From the human T2T-CHM13v2.0 reference genome, Homo sapiens, in assembly GCF_009914755.1 (NCBI RefSeq), contig NC_060936.1: a stretch of DNA of 64,000 nt; one strand, written 5' to 3'. The first letter of the stretch is position 1, and each line of letters begins with the position of its first letter. This document shows positions 28,557-44,749 of this stretch, piece by piece. A program made the translations under genes and the position numbers. The notes below the pieces were generated by a model, which had not been told where the DNA came from, made no database searches, and saw nothing but the letters and a program-made list of their open reading frames with translations.

Positions 28557-29580
28557 AGCTTTCAAGCCAGGTATGGCCTTCTTCTCTATAGCTATAAAAG
28601 TCCTAGATGGCATCTTCTTTCGATGGAAGACTATTTTGCCTCTATTAAAAATGTGTTGTTTAGTGTAGACATCTTCATCAATTCTCTTAGCTAGATCTTC
28701 TGGTTAACTTGCTGAAGCTTCTCTATCAGCACTTTCTGCTTCACCCTGCACTTTGATGTTATGAAGATGGCTTCCATCTTAAACCTCTTGAACCAATCTC
28801 TGCTAGCTTTAAACTTATTTTATGCAGCTTCCTGACCTCTCTCAGCCTTTATAGAATAGAAGAGAGTTAAGGCCTTGCTCTGAATTAGGCTTTAGCTTAA
28901 AGGAATATTGTGGCTAGTGATCTTCTACCCAGACCAATAAAACTTTCTCTAGATAAGTGAAATGTCTGCTTCGCTTTCTTATTATTCATGTATTCACTGG
29001 GGTGGTACTTTTAATTTCCTTGAAGGACTTTTTATTTACATTTAGAACTTAGCTGTCAGGTGCAAGAGGCTTAGCTTCAGCCTCTCTCAGCTGTCAACAT
29101 GCCTTCCTCACTAAATGTAATCATTTCTAGTTTTTTATTTAAAGTGAGACATGTGATTCTTGCTTTCACTGGAACACTTAGAGGCCATTGCAGAATTATT
29201 AACTGTCCTAATTTTAATATTATTGTGTCTTGGAGAATAGGAAAGCCTGAGGCAAGAGAGAGAGACAAGGGAACAGCTGGTCGGTGGAGCAGTCAGAACA
29301 CACACATTTATCAATTAAGTTATTCACTCAAAACAATTACAATAGGAACATCAAATATCACTGACCAGAGATCATCATAACAGATATCAATAATAAATGA
29401 TTTGAAATATTGCAAGAATTTCCAAAACATGATACAGAGAAATGAAATGACTGCATGCTATTAGAAAAGTGGCATTGATAGACATTCTTGACACATGGTT
29501 GTCACAAACTTTCAGTTTGCAGAAAACACAGTATCTATGATGCACAAGAAAATGAGGTGCAATAAGGTGAAGCATGCCTG
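28557..29580 (-). mobile_element. Tigger1 DNA transposon, 5' ~1 kb (truncated)
   Basis: aaagtcctagatggcatcttc...ttagctagatcttctgg transposase remnant; terminal ...gcatgcctg. Confidence 0.9.
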
Positions 29581-30368
29581 CACTGAATTAGGCGCTGAGA
29601 AAATATAAAATAATACTACCCACAATGAAATTACAACCTATTTAAGAAGATTAAACATATACATAAATATAATAAAATAGTATTAATAATCAGTGGAATG
29701 AGAGAAGTAAACAAGACTTAAAAATCTTACGGTTTACCTGAGGAGGGAGATATTTTTTTTCCATTTAGGGTTAGGGAGTAGTGTTCTAGGAAAGAGTAGA
29801 CTGAGCAGAGACTTGATAAATCAACATGATATCAGCAAAGTTCACATTAATAGTTATTACTTGTCGTAAGTGTGACAGAGGAAAGGTATGGAAAATTGAA
29901 ACTTATAAGTATACTTTAAAAATGGAAAAGAGTCTAGTTTGAGAATACTTAATGGAATGGCAGGATTATAACTCTAAACTTGGAATGGGGTTAGTTCATG
30001 AAAAACTTGAATACTCATGTGAGCTCTTTGTATTTTAGTCTGAAGAAAATGTGGATCTGGCCATGATTTTGGAACAGAGATTCAAACTAATGATGCAGTA
30101 TGTTTCATCTGATAATGTGTGCTTACTACATTTTCCGAGACCAAGACTACATCCTAGCTCTCCAGTAAAAGCCTCCTTGTTTGCAAGGAGGCTTTAAATA
30201 TGCTTTCAATACTACTTCCAGAATGATCTCCACATAACACAAAATGGACCATGCCCTGTCCAATCCTTCAATGGTTCCTCAATATTTATGGGATAAAGAA
30301 AATGATTTTATGTGACTTTCCAGACCTTCCATAGCTGGGAGCCTACCTCTGCTTTAGTGTAATGCTTT

Positions 30369-30497
30369 GTCACAGTCTACATGAGAGTAAATGATATATT
30401 TGGGAGAGAATCTGAAGAGCATTTCAAAATGTGAAAACTGATTTAAGTAGATGTAATACAGTGAAGGCAAATTGCAGTTGATTTTATGCTGGGTGAC
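30369..30497 (+). repeat. ~130 bp dispersed direct repeat, copy 1
   Basis: Aligns to 32403-32532; about 12 differences by hand. Confidence 0.95.
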
Positions 30498-30759
30498 ATG
30501 AAAAATAGTGGTAATCATTTAAATAGCTAAACTAGAAGAAAGAAATCTAATCGATTAGAAAACAGGGATAACAATTTTGTATTTCTACTTGTTGAATGAG
30601 AGAAACTAAAAATTTACCAGGCTAAAATCTTTTCATATGCAATGAATACATGGGATCCAGAACTCAACTGTCAGGAGAAGTAGATCTAGAAATTCAACAT
30701 TGATAGTTTTCAGCATAATGATGAAAGTGGAGGCTACACACTTATTAAAATTGACAGGG

Positions 30760-30922
30760 GGCCAAGAATGGTGTTTCATATCTGTAACCCCAGCACTTTG
30801 GGCACCTGAGGTGGGAGGATTGCCTGAGCCTGGGAAGTTGAGGGTATAGTGACCTATGATCACACCAAAATACTCCAGCCCGGGCAGCAGAGCAAGATCC
30901 TGTCTGAAAAAATAAATAAATG
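30760..30922 (+). mobile_element. Alu monomer (FRAM-like or recombined AluJ)
   Basis: Single arm; TSD aaa(a/g)ttgacaggg. Confidence 0.85.
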
Positions 30923-31374
30923 AAAATGTAAAAGTTGACAGGGAAATTGTATAGAAAGTAAGAAGAGCCAAAGATTGATTGACTATAATGTGTACAATTA
31001 GTGAATGGATGTAAAAGGTACCTAGGGGAAAGAAAAATTTCTTACCAGAGAAGATCTTTCTAACAAACCTCTCTAAACTAGAATGCCACACACACACCAC
31101 ACATCTTCAGGTATGCACTCGCTAGCACACACATACTACCCACCTCCCATCCCCTTGCCCTGCTTTATTGTTCTTAAAAGAACTTTTCACCATCACTTAT
31201 TTATTCTTAATATGTATAATATGTATCTCCCTTCATGATAACAGGGACTTTGTTTTACCTCACAGTATTCCTGCTTCTGGAACAGTGCTTAGTGCATGGA
31301 GAGATTTTAATATATCATTGTTAAAATGGCTGAATATAAAACAAAAGCATAAACCTAGGTGATACTGAGACCTC

Positions 31375-31592
<218 letters not shown>

Positions 31593-31859
31593 TGAATAAT
31601 TCACACAGGGTCACTCAGGATTCTGTGTGGAGAAATTCTTAAGAGCTATCAGAGACATTGTTGAAAAGATGGGTGATGAAACTAAAGTAAGTGAAGAGGC
31701 AGATAAGACTAGAAGGGGATGATGGGCTTGGAGAGAAAGGAGATTGAAGAACCTGAGACCAAAAGAAGAATAAAGAATAGCATTTGCAAGCATGAAGACA
31801 TGAGAAAGGAGACATTATGTAGATTGTAGTGAGGGACAAGACATGTTAAATTCAAGATG

Positions 31860-33150
31860 CTGCTTCAGCTCATTTTTCTCCAGTGATTTATTTTTTAACT
31901 ATTTCTCTGTCTTCAACAGTTACCTAAATGAAATATATTAAGTGCCTGCCTCTAAAGAAGAATTCAATGAAGGTTAGCTATTATCTTTTGTGTATTATTA
32001 TTTGTTTATTGGCAAAGGGCTTCTACACAAGTTTTCCGACTTAGTTCTCTAGATTACTCAAGATTTATAATTCTAATGCTGACCTCAGGCATCTCAGATT
32101 TAACTTAGTCAAAATAGAATTCAGCAGTCCTCGTCAAGGAAAAGTTTTGTTCTTTTCCATTGTCACAGTAAATAGCATCATACACCCAGGTATACAAGTT
32201 AAAAGATAAGAATCATTAATTATCTTTCCCTTTCAGCCGTAGTCACATTCAGTCACCATATCCTGCCAATTCCCATTCAGAAATTTCTCCAAAATTGGAT
32301 CCCCATTCATCCATTCTACTGCCTCTCTCATTTCGGCCCCCACCATTACTCTCCTAAACTATTAGAGCAACGTTTTGTTCCAGTCATCAGCTGTATATAC
32401 ACGTCACTGTCCACATGAAGAGTAAATGATGTATTTGGGAGGGAATCTGACGAGCATTTTAAAATGTGAAAACTGATTTAAGTAGATGGAATACAAAGAA
32501 GGGAAATTGCAGTTGACTTTATGCTGGGTGACTTGGAACCCATTCTCAATACTGTTGTCATTACTATTTTTCTAAAATTTCAATCATGTAACTAACAGTC
32601 AAGATATTTGATGGCTCCTAATTGACCATGGGATAAAAACCATTCTTTCGTTTACTGTACATTACTCACTGTGCCAGTGCCCAAGGTGCTGTGATGAACA
32701 AGGCAGTTGTCATCTACCCTTCCTATCTTGGCTCCTCTTTACTTCATGCTCATCTTCAGCACTTCATTGTCATGCCCTCTCCTTCACATTGTATTTATCA
32801 ACATCCAAGAACATTCCAGGCCTTTGCACAATTTATTGTCTTTGTACATGCTGATCCCACTATCTAAGAAACAGTACCTGCCAACATTCAAATGAGAAAT
32901 TTCTCAAATTCAAATATACATGTATGTGTATATCAGACATACATATATGCTTTACAGAATGAATGGCATTTGAGATATTTTTCAAATGGTCAAGATATTT
33001 TTTATCTGTCCCAGGACTCTGCTTATGCTATTATAATACGTATCATGTTTATCTTTCTCTTTCCACTTTATTATGATCTCCTGCCAAAATTTATTATACC
33101 CAAAGCCTTACACAGTACCTGACACAAAGTATACGCTGAATGAATGGGAA
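31860..33150 (+). mobile_element. Fragmented L2
   Basis: caggcatctcagatttaacttagtcaaaa...tgaatgaatg 3' end. Confidence 0.6.
32403..32532 (+). repeat. ~130 bp dispersed direct repeat, copy 2
   Basis: Aligns to 30369-30497. Confidence 0.95.
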
Positions 33151-33419
33151 CCAGTACTAGGAAGCATATGCGTATACTGGTGATAGTATAAAGCCAATAG
33201 AAGGTGATAAGCATAGATTTTGGAGAGAAACATCCCTAATTTGAATTCTAAAATCACTACTTTTTGGTTGTAGTACTTGAGCTAGCCACTTAACATTCTT
33301 TTTTTTCTTATTATGATAGAGATCTTCAGTTATACACACAGTCAACAAGAATAGTGTTATTGTTATGAACCATCACCATGCATTCATCACCCATTATCAG
33401 TAATTATCAATACATCTAA

Positions 33420-33761
<342 letters not shown>

Positions 33762-34104
33762 CATCTGAAGTACTTTGAAGCAAATCTCAACTTCATAAAC
33801 TTTAACCCATAAATACCTTAGCATGTATCACTAAAAGATAAGGACTCTCTATTTTTTATAAGATCTCATCATGTCTCAAATAAATTAATAATTTATTAAT
33901 ATCATCAAATATCCATTTAGTTCAGATTTTCCCAATTATCTCTAAATAAGCATATGTGTTTTCTAAACCACTAGCTTGTTTGAATCAGGATCCTAATGAT
34001 TTTTACATTTTATGTGTTATGTCTTTTAAGTACTTTTTAATTTGTAAGTTTCTTCTTTCCCTCCTTTACATCCTCCTCGCTGTTGAAGAAACTGGGCTTG
34101 TAGA

Positions 34105-34265
34105 GCTGTGCTTCTCAAATGTTAATGTAACTGTATAACCTAAGGAGATGGTTAAAATGCAGATTATGACTCAGTAGGTCTGGATTGAGGCCAGAAAGTC
34201 TGCATTTCTAACAAGCTCTCACGTAATGCCAAAGCTGCTAGTTCATAGGCCGAACTTTGAGAAAC
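34105..34265. mobile_element. MER5A-like DNA transposon
   Basis: gttaaaatgcagatt...ctcagtaggtctgg...ctgcatttctaacaagctc...actttgaga. Confidence 0.8.
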
Positions 34266-35899
34266 AAGACGTAGAATATTTCACAATGTGTATTTTGCTT
34301 ATTCCATCTTCTTAATGTAATTTGCCATGTTAACTCTGTACTTTGTGACACCCTGTAAAACAATAAACCTAGAGTAATGGTTCTTGACATTGGACTCACA
34401 ATAGAATCCTCTGGGGTACTTAAAAAATCATCATGTCCAGGTCAAACTTTAGACAGGATATTCAGAATAAAATTCCTGATTCTTTTTTTTTTAACCAGTT
34501 TTAAAAACAATGAGTTATTTTCCTAGCATCTTCCAAAGTATTTTACTTAAATATACCTATTTATATCAATGTTTGTACCTATTTATCTATATAGATATAC
34601 AATAATCATAATTTTTACTAGAAAAGGAATTGTATATATTGCGATATATGTATTGATGGACCATTTAACTGCAAAATATATTGCTTTCTTCTTGGTGGTG
34701 GTGCTTTTTTTTCTTCTTTGTTTTTTTTTTTTTTTTTTTTTTTTTGGAGGGGGTAGGGGCTTTTGTTTTCTCTATTTAGGAGCCCTAAGAGAACAAAAGT
34801 CTTAGTGAAGATACGCAATAATCAGCCATAAGTACATTCTGTAATTTGGTACTCATATCTCTGAGAAGGCCTGGATTTCCCCAGACCTGGGTTTTTGCCT
34901 CCTAGCTGCAGGTATCATTTACTCCCTGCATCCTAGAAGGCCCAGGGCAGTGCCAGAGCTGTTGTGGCTCTCTGCTGTCCCTAGCAGGATGAGGGAAATT
35001 ATTTTCCATGTGCCCAGAACTTCCCTCACTGTTACTTTTTAGGCTGAGTATGGATTTTTATCAGAAACAAACAAAAAATCTTTGTCTTCAAACAGTGCTG
35101 CTTTCCTCTGCAGAATTCCGCAAAGCAGGGAATGGTAGGTTTAGCTACTTGCTCAGAATAGGGAGAAGAAGTAAAAATATGGAGAACAAAATAAACAAAA
35201 ACATAAGTTTTCCTTGCAACATGTAATTGTCATTGGCACAAGTCGCTTGTCTACTTTTTCACTTTCTTAATGTAGCTTTCAAGAAAGCATTTACATTAAA
35301 TCCAGTCTTAAATTTTACTTTATAGAAACACAACTAAAGATTTCATGGATGTGGATCATTCAACATATATATCGGCCATGAAAAATTTATAGTTAATCTG
35401 AAAACCTTCAGAAAATATTTTATGTTTATTTGTCTATTGCAGGGCTAAGAATTTTGATCTGCAGTCTGTCTTCTAATCAGAGAGGTTATATTTAAATAAA
35501 GTACTCCAAATGAAAATAACCCACTTGAATATAACAATCAATTTTGAGTGGGCTTTTTGTTTTTGCAATTTACAATGGGATTTTAAAAATAAAACATACA
35601 CAAGATCAGGGTACTTTGAAACATTTGTGTAAAATAGCTCTGAATATTAAACATAGAGGCTGAAAATATGATGAAAACTCAAAATATTGTCCAAAGGTAA
35701 ACTAAATGATATGGTTGGACGGAGGCTAATTTTTCTTCAACTTCTGCTGTTGATTTATATCTATTATTCTTTCACTGTTATATAACACAATACATTGAGG
35801 AGTGGGTGCCTTGACGTCTATACTGGTATTATAATTATTACAATTAGCATCACACTAAATAAATTACAAAATGTATGTGAGTGAATACGTGCTTGTATA

Positions 35900-36060
35900 C
35901 CTACTTGAAAACTCATTCAATCCTTACAACACCCCTGTAAGTCAGTAATACTTATTATGATCATTTTATTGAGATGGAAACTGAAGTTCAAAAGGATAAA
36001 AGCTTGTAGATAAAAATCAATATTTTCCAAACTAGAACTCAGGTTTTCTGATTGCAAATC
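35900..36060 (-). mobile_element. MIR remnant
   Basis: aatccttacaacaccctgtaag...gatggaaactgaagttca. Confidence 0.7.
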
Positions 36061-36384
36061 ATTTTGTATGTATGTGCTTTTTTATGCACATACCAGATGA
36101 TATGTGCTCTGAGAAGTATAACTATGTTTAAACCAATCATATCTATGATTAGGTATTCAAAAATGATTTGCCAATAATGTATAATATACAAATAATTGTG
36201 CATTTTGATATCACATTAAGAACTTAAAATACCTTTATTACTTTAATATCATAAAGCCTACCAAGAAGTGTGTGAGCTAATACTTAAACACCAAACTGAC
36301 AGGTGCAAAAGCAGAGGTCTAGTAAAATTATAGATCAAAATTGCTAATTCATATTGCTGCAAAGCCAGAAAAAGATTACAGTCC

Positions 36385-36713
<329 letters not shown>

Positions 36714-39700
36714 TTATCTAGACTAAAATTTAGCAACAAAATCAGATTTAGTCACTTATACTCATTTCAGGACTACAAAGCTGTTTAAACTACTGTGGAG
36801 GGAAAATATGCCTATGAATGAGAGAGTGAATTTTCTTTTAGAAAAAGAAAACAGCTATGTTTGCAACTCGTAATTATACAAATCTGCTACACTGTTTTTA
36901 TATGTACTGCAGCTAACCTTTACACTACTCATTGGTTTAATCCTTTAGCCCAATATTTAACCATAAAGCAAATTATAAAATAAGCGTTTGGTGCAAATGA
37001 GAACAGACATGTTTTGTTTCCAAAGGTAAGGATGGTAACCTGCTTACAAATTACTCTCTGAGATTCATACTACATCACTAAGACTTTGACTGTTATCAAC
37101 ATCATACTTTCATGATTTTCTATCTCTCAGACAAATTTTGCACAGAGAAAATGAACTTATTGTGCAGTAGAGTCCCCAGGGCCTCGCAAACCACACAGCT
37201 GTAAAAAGCTCCTCTTTTGAAATGAGTTGGGCTAAAGTAGAAAGGTTTATTTAGGCCCTTATATGAGATGATTCAGGAGGAAAGTCATTTTCAGCCCAAT
37301 TACCACCAGTAGAGTTGGGAAATCTGCCTGGATACCTTTATCCAAGAGACGAGTATTTGGATATCCAATGCTTAATGGAAATTGAGGGGAGGGCTCTGAT
37401 ATTTAAACAGCAAAATATTCACCCAATTCTCACACTAAAATTTTAAGTACTTCTCATAGAAGAAGAAAGTAACTGCATAGCCTACAGTGACACCAATGAT
37501 TCAATGTGAATCAAATATATTTTGAAGATCCTAAAAGTCTGCTGGAAGCTTCAGACAGCCTGTCAGCAAGCTAGCCACATGACTAACCAGAGGTGACATC
37601 AGAACTACCAGTTTCCCAAGCAGGAAAGCTTTCCAAGAAGCCATATGCCACTAGAAATGTGTCTGTCAAAATTCAGCATCTGAATCTAATGCTTGATTTC
37701 AGCTCAGCTAAAAGATATCACAAAATGCTTCAACTTCCCACTGAAATTCTCTCTTGCCTTCAATTAAATTATTATGTTCTTTAGTGCCCAGAGGGCACAA
37801 CAAGTAGGTATGAATTATGAAAAAAAAAAGTAAGTCACTAAGAAACAAGGATCTTAAACTTCAGAGGCAAATAACCTTATTGAAATATAGTGGACAGTGT
37901 TATGATACATAATACTGCCCCAAGCCTTCTTAGTCCCTTCAAGGTCTTAATTCCTGAATCATGAATCCCAGGTATAAGAAAGGCACTGAAAATATCTTGC
38001 ATACAGGTACAAAATATAAATATGTCTATGCTTCCAGGGCTGTTTGCATGTTAACAGGGACCAAGAAACCTTAAGTCAAAATAATGACACTCTAGGGAAT
38101 TACCTTCAGGCACAAGTGAGATGGAGGGAGAAGTATATTTCAGGGCACTGGTCCCTGTTCAGCATCCCAGAAATCATAGGACCTGAACAGATGATTACCC
38201 AGCTATATGTAAGTTTAGTCCCTAATTAGATTATATTAGTCTGATTGCCTATAAAGCAAAGATTTCTTTTGCCTCAATAATAATAAACCAAAAATTACAA
38301 TAAAAATATGATTAGCACTGTATGTACTTACGCATCTATTATTTAATCTTAACCTTGAGTTATGAAAAGCACTTAATTTTATATTCTCTTTTTTTCAGAA
38401 ATGAAAAGGCAGACTTGGGAGGTATATATTAGTTGCTTACACATGACAACTTTTATGAATTAGAATGAACTTCTGAGCTGATGAAGCTGAGTCCTCACGG
38501 GTGATGGTAGTGTATTCCAGAGGCAAGCATGCCTAACACAGTGAACATTTTTATTCAATAAACAGTGAGATTAGTAGCTATTACTACATGGCAAAGTGCT
38601 ATGGGCATCAAATGTGGGAAGAAGCAAGTTCAGAGAACAGCAAGAAGATTACAATAAAACAGATTAGTGAAATTAAAGGAAATAATGAAATAAACAAAAA
38701 TAAAATCAAAGGTAATAATAAAAATATCCACAGATACTCTAATAGCATGTTTCTGTTATTTGAAAAGGGGAGAAAATTGATTATGAATATCATATATAAA
38801 GAATTTTCCTGACCAAGTCTCAATGAGATATAGGATTTAAATTATGAAAATTATGAGAATCTTTGAAAAGGTCACCCACAATCTTGACCAAAACACACTG
38901 TAAGTTGCTGCCAAATGACTGGACAGAGAGAAAGGCAAGAGGCCATTTCTGACTACAAAATAATTTCTGCATGAACACATAAAGTTTTTGCCTAAAGATC
39001 AAGCCTGTGAATATGATTACATTGATTCCATTTTATAATATTCTTCGATAATGACCACCAATGAGATAGATCCACATATCCAAATAAAATTGGGGAATGA
39101 ATTGAGTATTCAGAAGAGCTAGACAAAGCACTTGAAGCAAGCATTAGTGACAGAATGCTGAGCAGGGTAAATTATTATACTTATATGTATTTTTTAATAT
39201 GTTACATTAATAAAAGGCTGGATTATTCAGGCCACTTTGTAAATTTTTGATTACCCACTTCCTACCTAGTTTCTACCATATCCCTAACCAATGTAAAATA
39301 TTATTAGGATAAGTCCTATTTCTTAAGCCATGATAACAATGTAATATCATGGAGGAGAGCTTAAGTCAATAGAGGCTACCATTTCATTTTTCCAATGTGC
39401 TCTGAGGTGAGCTCAAATGTGCAATATCATTAAGAATTATGACAACATGTTTCATAAAAATCAAACTAAATTTATGTAAACATGATGAAAAAGTCACATT
39501 AGGAAATTGTTTCACATTAGCTAAGATATTTCACATTACCTTCACATTTATCTAACATTTGGGATAAACTTTAGGCCTTCATTAAATGATAGCCTAATTG
39601 GTTAACAAAGTTATTGATATTGCTCATTTTCTGTTCCTCATGCCAGACTCTTAAGGGAATAATAAGATTAGTTTAATACAGAGAAATAAAAGGAGTTCTG

Positions 39701-39991
39701 AAGGTTAATGAAACCAAGGGTAGCAGAGAAGGAAGATGTTAGTTCTGGCGCACCAGCTGCGTATTTCAAGTACAGAAGCATCTGTCTCCTGTCTGTGGGC
39801 CTATTACTATTAAATTTGTCAAAACAACAGCACCTAATGGAGCTTTCTGTATTTTTTCAGGGAAAGGGCATTTGTTTGACAAAGTCAAAAAAGGGTTCTT
39901 GAGTTCATGGAAAACTCACACTTTGAAAACATAGTTTCCTTTATACATTCTGAACTTAGGTCTTTTATTTCTTGCCTTCATCAAGTCTTAT

Positions 39992-40279
<288 letters not shown>

Positions 40280-40364
40280 TTAAGAATACCACCTATATCA
40301 CCTGTAAGGAACCATACAAATAAAGGGGTACAAACTCAGCATGACTAGTCCTATACAATTATTG

Positions 40365-40676
40365 AACATACACAACATTTATTAAGTTTGACATCTTATG
40401 TGGACACAGTTTGTGATGCCCCAAAACAATTCCAATGTAACATAAAGCATTACTGATCAGAAGCCACCACAGAAGATGTAATAATAATGAAAAAGTTTGA
40501 AATATCGTGAGAATTACCAAAATGTAACACAGAAACTCAAAGTAAGCACAGGCTGTTGGAAAAATGGCACTGATAGACTTGCTCTAGGCAAGGTTGCCAC
40601 AAAACTTCAATTTGTAAAAAACACAATATCTGCAAAGTGCATTAAAGAGAAGCACAATAAAAAGAGGTAGGCCTGT
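40365..40676 (-). mobile_element. Tigger1 5' terminal fragment
   Basis: aaaagtttgaaatatcgtgagaattaccaaaatgt...gaggtaggcctg then TA. Confidence 0.85.
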
Positions 40677-41575
40677 ATACCTAAAATGTTCAATTAAATA
40701 AGGCATAAACAAAATTCAATAGGTTTCCTGTATACTGGTGAGATATACATGTATTTCTTATGAGAAAATTTGCTTTCTCATATGTTCCTGATTGGATTAT
40801 AAATGAAAATATTTTGGAAAGTAACTTCTTTGACCTGATAATGTATTTCTAGAAAATTCTCCTACACAAAGAAAAAAAAGTAAGTATAGAAAAAAGCAGC
40901 CTTAAGCACATGATTTTTATCTAGCTTTATCTATACAAGTGAAAGATAGGAGGCAACATAAATATTTAGTAATACTAAATGGATAAATACCATCTTGATG
41001 TAATCTCACACTACTGTAAACAACGATGGTGATTTTTATTCAAAATAATATAGAAAGTGCTTATGTTGCTATGACAAATTTTTTAAGTATACTAAATTAT
41101 TTACATAATATCAACATACTCTTTATTTAGCATAAATCAAACCCCAAATATAACACATAGAAAACTAGGACACACACCAAGTATTAATTATGGCTATTTT
41201 TATGTGATGAGAACATTGTTGTTTTTGTTTTTATTTCTTTAATTGTCTAGGTATTTTTTCTCATAATTTCTTACATGGATACATTTTATAATGGAAAATA
41301 TTTGACCTTTTATTTCAATGAGTGAAATAGACAATTAGACTTATGAAAAAGAAACAGTGATTAATGCAATTATTGTCTTCGATCAGTACTCTGGGCATAA
41401 CAGCTTTTATAACCTACTTAATAAATGCACAGTCATAAATGTCTTTGGTATGCTTAGTAGTTCCTTAAACCCCATTAAAGTATATGTCCCCTATATATTT
41501 CGTTTTAAACTGGTTCTATTACTTTTTCCTCTGTCCAAAATTGAAGTTCAGAGCTTTTAAACTGTTATAATAGGA

Positions 41576-41645
41576 CATCATCATCATCATCATCATCATC
41601 ATCCTTATCCTTATCACCATCATCCTTATCATCATTATCATCATC
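41576..41645. repeat. (CAT)n trinucleotide repeat, imperfect
   Basis: Direct reading. Confidence 0.9.
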
Positions 41646-41851
41646 TCACTTTGGGCAATTAACAGAGATACTCAGAAAATCTCTACGTGTTATTCCAGGC
41701 TAGCCTTCTAATAAATTCAAAGACTTCTCACATGCTTTTATATTTGGTGAACTATTTTAGACAACTTTTGTTTCATAGCCCAATCGAAATTTTTTTAGAT
41801 CAACTTATTCCATAGGCAGATTTCTGTTTTATAGTAAAAATATGTGCCTTG

Positions 41852-42234
<383 letters not shown>

Positions 42235-44749
42235 TTATAATGAGTAATTTACCACCTGCGTCCTGGAGAAAGCCTTGATAAGAGAAGCTAATTTCAAAAT
42301 ATGCTATAGGGTCCATCTGGCCCGATATTTTCATTTTCATTTTTACCATTTCTTTAAATAAATTATTATAGATCAAGCTCCTGATTCACATTTTATTTTA
42401 ATCAAATCTTTTTAAAAATCCTGATATCATCAACAGAAGAACAAGTCAGATTCTATTTAATAATGGAATTACATTGTTGTCGACATATCAAAAATTGAAT
42501 TATGATCCTTCCTACTGTCAAATAACATACAATGGTTCAGTTCAGTCTTCCATTAAAATTTCACATTTATTTGTTTGTTTTCAAACCCAGACCCTTTTAT
42601 GCTCAGCTTAATGACAAATTATCATATGATTAAAATGAAGGTACCCAACACTTCTACCAAAACCATTATTGACCCAGACATAAGTCATATACCAAGGAAA
42701 ATGGCCATTACATTAAATTCATGAAGATTCTAGAATCTAAGGTCATGTCTGTCTATATGGTCCTCTGAAAAGCGTTACTGTGGCTACAAAATCAATTTGT
42801 AACACCTGTCCTCATTGGGAAAGCAATCAATTCTGAGGCCTCTAAGCTTTAACTGTCTGATATTCAACAACATAGTCCCATTATTTCTTCATCAAACTTG
42901 TCAAACATGACTAATCACTTGTACACATGAAGATTGCCTAGTGCTTACCTCGGGCCATATAAATTATACATGTAAGATATAAAAACTGTACAATTATGAA
43001 ACAGGAGACAACTGTAATATCTAACGTAATGAAAGAGGTTAAGATTCAAAGACAAGCTTGACTGGTCTTTTTGTTCCGTGTTGAATTTAACCATCTTTAG
43101 GTCTCCAATCTAGTCTTTACCCTGTTCAAAGGAAGAGAGCTGGGAGAGGAACAGGTGCAAACTCCCTCAAATTACACTAAATTCTGGCTTCACTCTCACA
43201 AAAAGAGAAGTCCTCCAGGGGATACAACAGCCAATGAGAAGAATTTGGATAAATATCATCTAACCAGACTCTTGCATTCTCTGAAAATGTTAACAGTGTA
43301 GTGGTCACAATCAAGCGGTGCGTGGCCTTGTTTACCACAATTATTAAAAAGCTAACCCTGAAAATACTCCATCTGACACAAAATGGGTCAGGTTCCTTTA
43401 ACACGGAGTGTGTCAGAGAAGAGAGAGCCCAAGGTGTTATCCTGAAACTCTAGGAGACTTTCAATGTGGCCTAATGCTTCCCTCTCAGGGAGCAAGCCAG
43501 AAGCGTTGCATTTTCTGTAAGAATCTCTAACCCACTTAGCACTCTATCTCCTGGGTCTGGCCTTTTGTTTATTTGCCTTGAGCCTAGACCTGATTTAGTT
43601 AGACAAGCAGACTCAGCCAGATTCTTGTCATTCAAAATCTCTTCCTGAGTCTTTTGTATTTTATTAATATCATTAGTCTGTTCCCAACACCCTGTGAAGA
43701 CTTTCTCAATTATCATGTTCCTCATATATCAACATTTAAATTCCAAGATAAATGTAAACAAGCCACTTTGGGTTGCAAAGTACAACAAATATATAAATAC
43801 ATTTATCATATTTAAATGTATTTAAAAGTCACAACAAGCTTGCAATGTAAAAGAAATGCATGGGAGTCCTTTCATAAGGCAAAGAAGCTTGAAATAAATC
43901 AGTGAGGAAACGTGTATTCGAGTAAGCATGGGTTATAAGAGTCAGATACATGCCCCAACCCCCCCAAAGGCTTATTGTATAATCTCAGGCAAGTAAATCA
44001 TTTAACCTCCAAACTATGATTTTTGTTCATTACAACTGGAGTGTTGGATTATATAATCTCCATGTTCCCAGTAGCTCTAAAATTTTACTAAATTATGTTT
44101 TAATTAACCATCTGCATTATGAGCACTCAGCTTCTACAGAGTTTATCAACACAAATGACCCCCTGCATATGCAGTGTCCACTTCTACCCATGAGCTACAT
44201 CTCATACCTCACATGCCACCCACACAAAAGTTTTAGGCCCTTGCTCTAAATAGAGACAATTATAACTTATGCCAAATGAGACATTGGCTGATTTTGCCAT
44301 CATCTGTATTTAGGCACACTAATTCCTTAGCTTTAAAAGGTAGGATCATTTTTTTCCTTTCTCACAGAGTTACTGTAAACATTCAATAAAATAATGCATA
44401 TGCTGGTGCTAGTATATCTGGAGGAGAAAATAGTGAATTTGATTTTTCACATTTAGATAGAGTTAGAATTGCCTATAAGCCATTGGTTATTCTGGTCCCA
44501 AACCATAAGAGATATTTAACTAATGTGAAATTGTTATTAGTCATATAATTTATTGGTCCATCTTTTCTCTTTGCCCCTTTACTCTCCCTCATCCCCAGCA
44601 AGGCTGTGAATTCATCAGTAGCAGACCCCATGCTCATAATTAAATTAACTGTAGTGTCTACATTTTTGGCACAGTATTTTGCACATTTTTAGGGCTTCAT
44701 GTTTGATGAAGGTGATGGTAATTTTGGCGATACACAAGAAATGGTTTCA

